From Verrucomicrobiota bacterium (lineage in GTDB: Bacteria; Verrucomicrobiota; Verrucomicrobiia; Limisphaerales; CANJXF01), in contig JBBQRQ010000102.1 in the NCBI GenBank assembly GCA_038214755.1, forward strand, positions 1 to 18,354: a stretch of DNA of 18,354 nt. Reading direction: 5' to 3'. Of the stretch, positions 1 through 7,780 are shown piece by piece; within the stretch, counting starts at the first letter, position 1, and each line of letters starts with the position of its first letter. Under the pieces are notes generated by a model. The model was not told where the DNA came from. It saw only the letters and a program-made list of their open reading frames with translations, and did not search any database. The position numbers and the translations under genes are program-made.

Positions 1-140
1 GACCGCGACGGTTCAAAAAATCATGGACAAGGTCGCGCGGGGGCGAGCCGCCTTGGAAACGATCAAGCCGGGCTGGTCGCAAAAGAAAAAGCGGAAAAAG
101 CGAAGAAAATAAGTATAGTCATTTATGGGACACTAGACTA
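1..140 (+). mobile_element. Right end of an IS630-family insertion sequence (partial, runs off the left edge)
   Basis: A transposase-like C-terminus at 2-112 is followed by ATTTATGGGACACTAGACTAG (121-141). This ends in CTAG, the preferred IS630 target, where TA is duplicated. The junction coincides with the abrupt end of the 133..1842 gene. The exact end (135 or 140) cannot be fixed without the left IR. Confidence 0.68.
2..112 (+). CDS. C-terminal fragment of an IS630-family transposase
   Basis: Manual translation gives TATVQKIMDKVARGRAALETIKPGWSQKKKRKKRRK*, with TAA at 110-112. It resembles the (W)TAT-x-x-x-I-x-x-K-x-x-R helix and basic tail recalled for IS630 transposase C-termini. Not in the ORF track. 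Confidence 0.65.
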   Translation, partial: TATVQKIMDKVARGRAALETIKPGWSQKKKRKKRRK

Positions 141-1842
141 GATAGTTGACTTGGTCAATCGTGAGATGCTCGCCGGTAACGGTGGCGTCACCGTCCAGAG
201 CCGTTTCGCAATTGGCGATTAAACAATTCCGAATGGGAACCTCGTAGTAGAGATAACCCCACGCGCTTATGGCCGAGTTACAATTAACAATCTGGCAATT
301 CTCCACCTGGGTATATCCTGGAACGCTCGATACGCTTATTGCATAATATGCATACTTAACCCGGAGATGTTCGATAGAAGCACTGCTGGAGACACCAAGC
401 GCCGTGCCCGCATAATAACCAGAAGGGGAGCCGGTACTACCATCAATAATTTCGCCCACACTGTCGTCGTCAACGCAGGTAAGAAAAGCGGGCTGGTACG
501 GTTTTGTGAAACAAGTCACCATGTCACTATTTAGTTCGGCGCCAGATGATGATTTAATTACCGTTCCACCCTCGATAGAAATACCAGAAAACCACATCAT
601 GTCCGAAATTAAGTAAGTGGTGTCTGATCTAAACGTCCATGAGTCCAGATATTCAACTATTTCGTAATCCATAACGAACCCTTGCTCTTTTGTTGTAAGA
701 GAAGCGACTTGTAATTTGTCGGTTGGTATCGACTTTAGCTTCAAGGGAGTTGGTGCGATACGGCCTTGAACAAGTTGTAAGTCTTGGGTTCTGAATTTTA
801 AATTCTTTGCCTGCGGACGCGCCGGAAGTTTTACCAATTCTGCCATGGCGGATTTGTAACTAACACTCTCAATTAAGAACGATCTGCCTTGCACGGTGAC
901 CCATTCCTTTTTCACAGGTGTTCCTTTGCGCCGCTGTTTTTCATCGCCCGCATTGAAGGCAAAACCGGGAATAATCTGGATGTCGCCGAAATTTAGAATT
1001 CTATCATTGGTAAGTCCTGTTGCTTTCTCTTCCTCGCTGCGTTTGGTCGGTTGCGGGGCATTCAGGAATTCTGTCCACACTTCTACTTCAAGTGTCTCTT
1101 CGTTGAGTTGCAAATCTTTCGCTGAAACTAACTCTTGAAAAATTACATCCTGACTCATCCCGGATTTTTTGAATGTATAGCGAACGTTTGCGCGCGTTCC
1201 TTTCCCGGCCAGCGCATTTTCATAGATGACTTGATTCTTATCAACGATAGCTCCAACGGAATCTTGAAGACCCGCGATTTGCAGACTTTGATTCTTCTTC
1301 CAATCGTGAAGATAAATAGCAATGACATGGCTGCGAAGATGATTTCCGGTAGGCGTGGTCAGATCAATCGCTCCGGCAGTGTTGATGTTGGGTTGGAATT
1401 GGATGGAATGTTGCGCCTTTTGCGCCAGACCTTTTCCGTTGGCCGCGACCACGATTTCGGGATCGGCGTCAATCCATTGGCCTGTCAGCGGGTCTTTTCG
1501 GGAAAGGCCTGTGCCGAGTTCAGTGTAGGTGTGGACCTGTTCGCTGACTTTTCCGTTTTCATTGGTTTGAGAAGTCTTGTATTGCCACACACGGTGATCG
1601 GCTCCCCGTTCAGCGACCTTTAAGTCTGCCTTTTGCGGTTTTGTTGAGATTCGATTAACCGAAGAATTCGTAGCAATGCCGAGGGCCGTCATCGTTCCCG
1701 GCATCATCGGTCTCTGTCCACCCCCCCGCGCTAATGGCGAGGTTTGGCCTCGTTTCAAAGGCGAACGCCAATCTTGCGCCTGACCGGGTTGGAGGAGAGG
1801 AGCTATCGTGAAAACGGCCGCGAGCAACAAAACATTTTTCAT
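133..1842 (-). pseudogene. Large secreted Verrucomicrobia-type protein (uncharacterised N-terminal domain, then the start of a right-handed beta-helix-like region), probably truncated by the IS
   Basis: Signal peptide MKNVLLLAAVFTIAPLLQPGQA, followed by a domain with ERGADHRVWQ, YTELGTGL, NINTAGAIDLTTP and VRYTF-SQDVI. Beta-helix-like repeats follow (IEGGTVIK, FTCVDDDSVGE-like, ENCQIVNC, RNCLIANC). The stop TAG lies in the IS terminal sequence, mid-repeat. Confidence 0.7.
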
Positions 1843-1955
1843 AACACGTGCCTGATGTAGCGCAAAAGTAAGGTTGGACTTTTACGACTGAGTTTTGGGT
1901 GACGCGTCGAATAAATAAAAATTTCAGAACTGTGTCAATCAGAAACTAACTTTGT

Positions 1956-3458
1956 TCAGGACTTTGCCGCGTTCCGACTCCCGGATTTCCATTTTCGCTT
2001 CGGCTCAATCGTCTTGGGGCGCGGCTTGGGCACGAGCAAAATCGGGCAGCCTTCGTAGCCGAAAGCCTTGCGCATTTCTCCCGCCAAATATTTTGCGTAT
2101 TGATCGGAAAAAACGTCGTCGCGATTTACGAAAAGCAGGAAGGTAGGCGGCGCCTGCCGGACCTGCGTCGCGTAAAAAAATTTCAAACGATTGCCCGAAG
2201 TGCTGATCGGTTGTTTGCGAATGATGGCGTCGTTCAAGGTGCGATTCAAAATGCCGGTGGGGATTTTTTGTTCGAGTTGCGCAGCGACGTAGCGAATCGA
2301 TTCCAGCAAACGTTCCAGGTGAAATCCGGATTTCGCGGAAGTAAAAATCACCGGCGCGTAATCGAGAAAAAATAATTGCCGCTGCACCCATTCCGCAAAT
2401 TCCGAAAGTGTCGTCAATCGCTTGGTCGAATCATCACGAACCTTCTTTTTTCCGCGCCGTTCAATTTCTTCGCGTCGCGCTTTCTCCACATTTTCGCCGA
2501 CTAAATCCCATTTGTTGACAACGACGATGCAGGCTTTTTTTTCGTCGATAATTTTTCCGGCAACCTTTTTGTCCTGCGCGGTGATTCCCGCTTCCGCATC
2601 CACTACGAAAATCACGATGTCACTGCGCGCGATCGATTCTTCGGTGCGATTGACACTGTAAAACTCGATGGAGTCATTGACGTGCCGTTGATGGCGCACG
2701 CCCGCCGTGTCGATCAAAATAAATTTTTGGCGCACGCCTTCGGTCTCGACTTCAAAAGGGACATCCACCGCGTCGCGCGTCGTTCCCGGAATGGAACTGA
2801 CAATCACGCGATCGGATTTTGTCAGCGCATTGATGATGGAAGATTTTCCAACATTGGGCCGGCCCACGATGGCCAGCTTCAAAATCTTGCGTTCGGTTTT
2901 TTTCTCTTCCCCCGAATCGTCGCTCGCCGTTTCCCCAGTTTGGATTTCCTGCTGCGACAGGAACGCGACAGCCGCATCCATCAATGCCTCGATTCCTTCG
3001 CCATGAATTGCGGTGACTGGAAAAATTTTCTCGAAACCCAGCGCGGTAAATTCATCCGCACCCGCTTCGGCGCGATAGGTATCGACCTTGTTGACTGCAA
3101 CCAACACCGGCTTGTTGGATTTGCGAAGTCGCTCGGCAACTTCACGGTCGAGCGGGACAACACCCTCCTGAACATTGGTGACTAAAATAATGACGCTCGC
3201 CGCTTCGAGAGCGAGTTCGACTTGTTCCAACGCCGCCGCGATGATGACGTCGTGCGCTTTTTCTCCGCGCAACAAACCGATCCCGCCGGTATCCACCAGC
3301 GTGAATTGCCGTCCGTGCCACTCGGCTTCCACACTGATGCGGTCGCGCGTCACGCCGGGTTCGTCGTGAACGATGGCGACGCGCTTTCCGACAATTCGAT
3401 TGAACAAGGCAGATTTGCCGACATTCGGGCGACCAACAATCGCGATTAAATCTGACAT
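1956..3458 (-). CDS. der: Ribosome biogenesis GTPase Der (EngA)
   Basis: Two tandem G domains (GRPNVGKS, GVTRD, DTGG, NKVD; GRPNVGKSS, GTTRD, DTAG, NKWD) and a KH-like C-terminus (YATQ..PPTF, FGYEGCPI). Confidence 0.98.
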   Translation of the reverse strand: MSDLIAIVGRPNVGKSALFNRIVGKRVAIVHDEPGVTRDRISVEAEWHGRQFTLVDTGGIGLLRGEKAHDVIIAAALEQVELALEAASVIILVTNVQEGVVPLDREVAERLRKSNKPVLVAVNKVDTYRAEAGADEFTALGFEKIFPVTAIHGEGIEALMDAAVAFLSQQEIQTGETASDDSGEEKKTERKILKLAIVGRPNVGKSSIINALTKSDRVIVSSIPGTTRDAVDVPFEVETEGVRQKFILIDTAGVRHQRHVNDSIEFYSVNRTEESIARSDIVIFVVDAEAGITAQDKKVAGKIIDEKKACIVVVNKWDLVGENVEKARREEIERRGKKKVRDDSTKRLTTLSEFAEWVQRQLFFLDYAPVIFTSAKSGFHLERLLESIRYVAAQLEQKIPTGILNRTLNDAIIRKQPISTSGNRLKFFYATQVRQAPPTFLLFVNRDDVFSDQYAKYLAGEMRKAFGYEGCPILLVPKPRPKTIEPKRKWKSGSRNAAKS

Positions 3459-3509
3459 GCAAAGACGATGGCGGACGACACGCGAATGAGAAAGAGGATT
3501 TTGACTGGG

Positions 3510-4559
3510 TTAGTTTGGGGGCCTGGTTTTTGTCGCGGCCTCTGAATCAATGCGCTTGAGAAACAACGCGGCATTTTCGCGAATAACCTCAACGCGGCTA
3601 TTCAAAGATTTAACCAACACGGGAACCAGAAGAGTTTTCTTCTCGTCCTTCGAAAGAATTTTTTCCAGCCCAAATGCCGCGCCAAGCCACACGTTATTGT
3701 CGGTGTCGGACAAACATTGCAAAAATTTCGGCACAAATTGCTCTTTCGCAGTTTTGAATTTACGGAGCGAATCAATAGCACTTCTACGCACTCCGGCGTC
3801 TGGATCGTCCAAACAGTCGAGTAATGCAGGCACAACGAGTTCAGGATTTTTCGCGATTCCGCCGAGGGCATCGGCTGCCAGTTCTCGAACGTCGGCATTT
3901 GTACTTTGCAAAGATTTAACGAGCAAAGGCACGACTGGCTCAGCGTTCGCGCCAAGATATTTTGCGAGGTAAGCCGCACGTCCCCAATTTGTAAAGTTGG
4001 TTTCCTTCAACATCACCAAGAGTGGCGCGACGGATTCCTGCCTGATTTTCATCAACGCTGCCTTGGCCCGAAGACTGAGCAAAATATCTTTGTTGGTTGC
4101 TGCCGCGGTTAGCGCCGGAATTGCGCGAGACGCCGTTGGGCCAACTTCACCGAGCGCAGTTGCGGCTTGGGCCTGATAAACACTTTCGGGAACCACGTAA
4201 CGCGGAGCAATAAATCTGTTATGAATGTCTGCGTGATGGCGCGAGTATGCGACAAATTTTCGTTTCAATGCGGAATCCCGCTCCTCCAAAAGTGAAATCA
4301 GTTTTTTGACTGCCGCTTCCCCCATGGCCAGCAGTGCCACGCGCTGTTCGTCGGTGGGATTTTCGTATTCCAAACCGCGTATCCATTGAGAAAGGCGTTT
4401 CCCCTGATAACTCGGTTCATTTTGAGAAAGGGTAAAAAGTAAAATTGAAACAACCGCAATGAACAATGCGACAAAAACAATGCGCCAAGTTCGTGCACGA
4501 CGAGCGAAAGATTTTTGATGCTCCATCTCATGAGGTTGCAAAAAGCTACTGTTTCTCAT
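3510..4559 (-). CDS. Membrane-anchored HEAT-repeat (PBS-lyase-like) protein
   Basis: N-terminal TM helix, then EPSYQGKRLSQWI and repeated units (AATALGEVG, VRELAADALG, VRRSAIDSL, IRENAALFL). Alternative start ATG at 4526. Confidence 0.85.
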   Translation of the reverse strand: MRNSSFLQPHEMEHQKSFARRARTWRIVFVALFIAVVSILLFTLSQNEPSYQGKRLSQWIRGLEYENPTDEQRVALLAMGEAAVKKLISLLEERDSALKRKFVAYSRHHADIHNRFIAPRYVVPESVYQAQAATALGEVGPTASRAIPALTAAATNKDILLSLRAKAALMKIRQESVAPLLVMLKETNFTNWGRAAYLAKYLGANAEPVVPLLVKSLQSTNADVRELAADALGGIAKNPELVVPALLDCLDDPDAGVRRSAIDSLRKFKTAKEQFVPKFLQCLSDTDNNVWLGAAFGLEKILSKDEKKTLLVPVLVKSLNSRVEVIRENAALFLKRIDSEAATKTRPPN

Positions 4560-4791
4560 ACTCGCCTTTATTCACGCGTTTCAAAACGGTGAAGCCGGAT
4601 TTTTTTGCGTCGGAGATGGAAAGCGGCTTCAACTTCACCGGGGAGTTGAAGTTCGAAAGAATTTTACGCACGGGCTTTTTGCAGGCGGGACATTTCGTCA
4701 ACTCGGGCGCGCTCGCCGGCCGGCGCAACGTGAATTTTCCGCCGCAAACTTTGCAGTCGCCTTCGCACAACTCGTATTCGTAAAACGGCAT
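4546..4791 (-). CDS. FmdB-family zinc-ribbon protein
   Basis: MPFYEYE start with CxxC (CKVC) and CPAC; 81 aa; upstream AAGGAG on the minus strand. Confidence 0.88.
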   Translation of the reverse strand: MPFYEYELCEGDCKVCGGKFTLRRPASAPELTKCPACKKPVRKILSNFNSPVKLKPLSISDAKKSGFTVLKRVNKGEYEKQ

Positions 4792-4816
4792 AAATTAAAT
4801 TCCGGGACTCCTTCCG

Positions 4817-4927
4817 GAAATAGTGGGGCAGGCTTCCAGCCTGTCTCAGCGGGCATCTTGCCCGCGAATTCTAACCTCGCGGGCTGGAAGCCCGCGCAGG
4901 CAGACAAGATGTCTGCCCCACTATTTC
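4817..4927. repeat. REPIN-like element with four hairpins (GTGGGGCAG family)
   Basis: Perfect 15-bp terminal IR, GAAATAGTGGGGCAG (4817-4831) / CTGCCCCACTATTTC (4913-4927). Internal hairpins: CAGGC-TTCCA-GCCTG, GCGGGC-ATCTT-GCCCGC, GCGGGC-TGGAA-GCCCGC, GCAGAC-AAGAT-GTCTGC. Confidence 0.88.
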
Positions 4928-5217
4928 ACTCGCCGTCTCAAGATGCGCCCACGAAAATGGATTGCCAAAAAAATAAAAACGCCGTGTAGCGCGAGTAAAA
5001 GCAAGGCAAGCCATTGTTCTAATTTTACAGAGGCGAAAAATGCCACGATGCTCCGAGCCTCGCGCAGTTTATCCAGGTCAACGCCGATAATCCAACCCGC
5101 GCCGACCGACGGAAAAATCCAGAGAATCGAAAGCACGAAAAACAAAATGGCTTTCGACGCCTTGACGCGTGGTTCGCCCGCGGCGTTTGCGGCTGATGAA
5201 TGTTCATCATCACTCAT
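4921..5217 (-). CDS. Small hypothetical membrane protein (about 98 aa, 2 TM segments)
   Basis: ATG at 5217 (MSDDEH...), two hydrophobic segments and a basic C-tail. The longer ORF from 5325 merely translates the upstream repeat. Confidence 0.6.
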   Translation of the reverse strand: MSDDEHSSAANAAGEPRVKASKAILFFVLSILWIFPSVGAGWIIGVDLDKLREARSIVAFFASVKLEQWLALLLLALHGVFIFLAIHFRGRILRRRVK

Positions 5218-5251
5218 TTTTAAACCACAAATTGGATTTTGCCATAAAGCC

Positions 5252-5359
5252 GTAGCGCAGGTTTTTAACCTGCCGTATCGCGGGTTTGAAACCCGCTGGA
5301 TGTCGCAACGTCCTGCCGGTTGCAAACCGGCGATACAGCAGCTTGCAAAGCTGCGCTAC
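5252..5359. repeat. GTAG-type REPIN-like element with four hairpins
   Basis: GTAGCGCAG ... CTGCGCTAC ends. Four 17-nt palindromes: GCAGG-TTTTTAA-CCTGC, GCGGG-TTTGAAA-CCCGC, GCCGG-TTGCAAA-CCGGC, GCAGC-TTGCAAA-GCTGC. Same layout as 11978-12129. Confidence 0.9.
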
Positions 5360-5934
5360 TTTCGTTTCCACCAAAACATGCGTTCGAGGTTGGTGCGGTT
5401 TTCGAAGGAGCGCGGGACCCATTCTTCAAGCAGATCGAAGTGCGGCGAAAATCTCGCAAGTTGTTCGTCGCGCGTCGTGCCGAACGGCGGGCCGTCTTCG
5501 TCGGGAATTAAATAATTTACCGCGAGATATTCTCCGCGCGGTTTCAACCAGCGGAGAACAGCTTCGACGTAATCATCGCGGCGATTTGGCGTGACGGCGC
5601 AAAACAAAGTGTGCTCAAAAATCCAATCAAAAAGTTGCGGCGGTTGGTCCGCCAAAAAATCTCCCAAATAAAATCTCTCGCGCGGTTTCTCCCCTTTGAT
5701 TTTTTCTTGCGCCAGGCGAATCGCACTGGGCGCGATGTCGTAGCCGGTGACATCGAATCCCGCTTTTGCCAACGCGCGAACATCGTGCCCTGCGCCGCAA
5801 CCGGGAACCAAAACCGTCCCGCGTTTCAATTGCGGATGCGCCGCGAGAAAATCAACCAGGCCCGGCGAAGTCTCGCCTTTATCCCACGGCGTGTCGTTCG
5901 TTTGATAACGCGATTCCCAATCAGTGTTTTCCAT
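5356..5934 (-). CDS. Thiopurine/thiol S-methyltransferase (TPMT)-like class I SAM methyltransferase
   Basis: WESRY..TPWD, VLVPGCGAGHD, DWIFEHTLFCA and GPPF motifs. Likely start is ATG 5934; the extension to 6033 is repeat-derived. Confidence 0.9.
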   Translation of the reverse strand: MENTDWESRYQTNDTPWDKGETSPGLVDFLAAHPQLKRGTVLVPGCGAGHDVRALAKAGFDVTGYDIAPSAIRLAQEKIKGEKPRERFYLGDFLADQPPQLFDWIFEHTLFCAVTPNRRDDYVEAVLRWLKPRGEYLAVNYLIPDEDGPPFGTTRDEQLARFSPHFDLLEEWVPRSFENRTNLERMFWWKRK

Positions 5935-5975
5935 ATTCGTTTGACGCAAAGACAAAGCGCACACCGCCGCCACAC

Positions 5976-6045
5976 CGGAGCGCCGGTTTGCAACCGGCTT
6001 TGCGTCAACGCGCGAAAACCGAGCCGGTTGCAAACCGGCGCTCCG
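5976..6045. repeat. REP doublet (GGAG type)
   Basis: Perfect 24-bp IR, CGGAGCGCCGGTTTGCAACCGGCT (5976-5999) / AGCCGGTTGCAAACCGGCGCTCCG (6022-6045). Each arm is itself palindromic. Confidence 0.9.
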
Positions 6046-6135
6046 TCACGCGAAAAATCTTGTCGGAAATGCGCCACCTTTCGACATAGTAATTTAAGAC
6101 GGGACTTAATCGCGGATGAACACAGATTAACACTC

Positions 6136-7683
6136 ATGAAAATATTCTTTTTTATCCTCGTATTCTTCTGCGCCCACCTCGGCAGTTTTGCCGTCAATTT
6201 TTCCAACCCCGTTTTGCCCGGCGATTTTCCCGACCCCTCCATCGTCCGCGTGGGAGAAGATTATTGGGCGACGGCGACCTCCTCGGAATGGGCACCGCTT
6301 TTTCCAATTCTTCATTCGCGCGACTTGGTCAACTGGGAACTGAAAGCAACTGTTTTTGACCAGAAGCCCGCGTGGTCCTCCAAAAATTATTGGGCGCCGG
6401 AAATTTCATTCCACAAGGGAAAATTTTACGTTTATTACGTCGGGAAAAAAATAGACGGCCCGCTCTCGATTGCGGTGGCAACCGCGGAAAATCCAACAGG
6501 TCCATGGACAGACCACGGCCCGCTCATCGGCCAAAGCGAAGGCTCGATTGACGCGGTGGCTGTAACCGACGAAAACGATGAGCGCTATTTGATTTGGAAA
6601 GCCGATGGCAACAGTCGGGGCAAGCCGACCGTTATTTACGCGCAAAAACTTTTGGAAGACGGGACGAAGCTCGTGGGGGAAATGAAGGAGATTCTGCGCA
6701 ACGATACGCCGTGGGAAGGCAGCATCATCGAAGGGCCGTTCGTGCAGAAACGCGGTGATTGGTTTTATATTTTTTATGCGGGCGGCAATGGCTGTTGCGG
6801 CAAGCAATGCAATTATGGGACGGGGGTGGCGCGTTCGAGAAAGTTGCTCGGCCCGTTTGAAAAATATTCAGGCAACCCGATCCTCGCGAGCAACGAGACC
6901 TGGAAATGTCCCGGTCACGGCAGCATCGTGACGACGGCAGACGGGCGCGATTTTTTTCTCTGCCACGCCTACGACGCGAAGAGAATGAATTACGTCGGAC
7001 GCGAAGGCGTGTTGAATGAAATCAAATGGAACAAGGAGGGCTGGCCGATCATCAACGAAGACAAAGGTGTCAGGAGCCAGGGCGTCTCGCCACACGGGAA
7101 AGTCCAACGAACCGATTTGGAATTCGTGGATGATTTCGCCACGACCAATTTAAATTTGCGCTGGCAATGGCCTCATTCGCTTGAGCCGCATTTCAAAATT
7201 GAAAAAGGGGAATTGATTCTGACCGCGCCAGCCGATGCGCGAAACAATCTTTTCGGCTCCGTGATGGCAGTGCAGACCACCACGGGAAATTACGCCGCGA
7301 CTGCATTGGTGGACGTTCGCGAAATGCCGAGCGGCTCGCGCGCGGGACTTTTTGCTTTTGGGGATTTGGACAACGCGCTCGGCGTGACGCTCGGAGATGG
7401 AAAGGTCACGTTGCATCGCCGACAGAAAAATAAAACAGAAACGTTGGGCGCGATTGATTCTCCGGCATTATCAGAAATTTATCTGCGGATGGAAGCGAAG
7501 GAAGGTCACCGTTTCCAATTTTCAGTCTGGTCAGGAACCAACTGGAAAAGCGTGGGAGAAAATTTGGATCTCGAAGGAGATTACCTGCCGCCGTGGGACC
7601 GGGGAGTGCGCATCGCGCTAACCGTCGGCGGAGTGGGCGACGCCACGGCAAAATTTGATTGGCTGCGCGTCGTGCCCAAGTGA
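6136..7683 (+). CDS. Secreted glycoside hydrolase family 43 (beta-xylosidase/arabinofuranosidase-like) with C-terminal beta-sandwich
   Basis: Signal peptide from ATG 6136; NPVLPGDFPDPS, WAPE, SIDA, IEGP and GHGS motifs carry the GH43 Asp/Asp/Glu triad. The ORF extension to 5611 overlaps the TPMT gene and is spurious. Confidence 0.93.
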   Translation: MKIFFFILVFFCAHLGSFAVNFSNPVLPGDFPDPSIVRVGEDYWATATSSEWAPLFPILHSRDLVNWELKATVFDQKPAWSSKNYWAPEISFHKGKFYVYYVGKKIDGPLSIAVATAENPTGPWTDHGPLIGQSEGSIDAVAVTDENDERYLIWKADGNSRGKPTVIYAQKLLEDGTKLVGEMKEILRNDTPWEGSIIEGPFVQKRGDWFYIFYAGGNGCCGKQCNYGTGVARSRKLLGPFEKYSGNPILASNETWKCPGHGSIVTTADGRDFFLCHAYDAKRMNYVGREGVLNEIKWNKEGWPIINEDKGVRSQGVSPHGKVQRTDLEFVDDFATTNLNLRWQWPHSLEPHFKIEKGELILTAPADARNNLFGSVMAVQTTTGNYAATALVDVREMPSGSRAGLFAFGDLDNALGVTLGDGKVTLHRRQKNKTETLGAIDSPALSEIYLRMEAKEGHRFQFSVWSGTNWKSVGENLDLEGDYLPPWDRGVRIALTVGGVGDATAKFDWLRVVPK

Positions 7684-7685
7684 AC

Positions 7686-7780
7686 GTGCTGCCGACATCC
7701 TGTCGGCAGAAGAGAGCCGATTAGTGTGGCGCATTCTCGAAGTCGCGACCTCTACTCTGCCGACAGAATGTCGGCAGCAC
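7686..7780. repeat. REP doublet between convergent genes
   Basis: GTGCTGCCGACATCCTGTCGGCAGA (7686-7710) and TCTGCCGACAGAATGTCGGCAGCAC (7756-7780) form a 25-bp IR with one mismatch, in the loop. Confidence 0.9.

Noticed and set aside
1910..1938. TTGACA -35 box upstream of the 133..1842 gene (minus strand)
   Set aside because: The -10 at 17-nt spacing is only TTTATT, which is too weak to call.
2380..2500. Charged insertion in the second G domain of Der, plus a basic C-tail
   Set aside because: It is a helical Lys/Arg/Glu-rich insertion with no palindromic DNA, most likely ordinary lineage variation.
4823..5515. 230-aa plus-strand ORF
   Set aside because: It runs through two REP elements and antisense to two genes, and has no motifs.
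5611..6135. 175-aa N-terminal extension of the GH43 ORF
   Set aside because: It overlaps the TPMT gene on the opposite strand and a REP. The signal peptide begins at ATG 6136.
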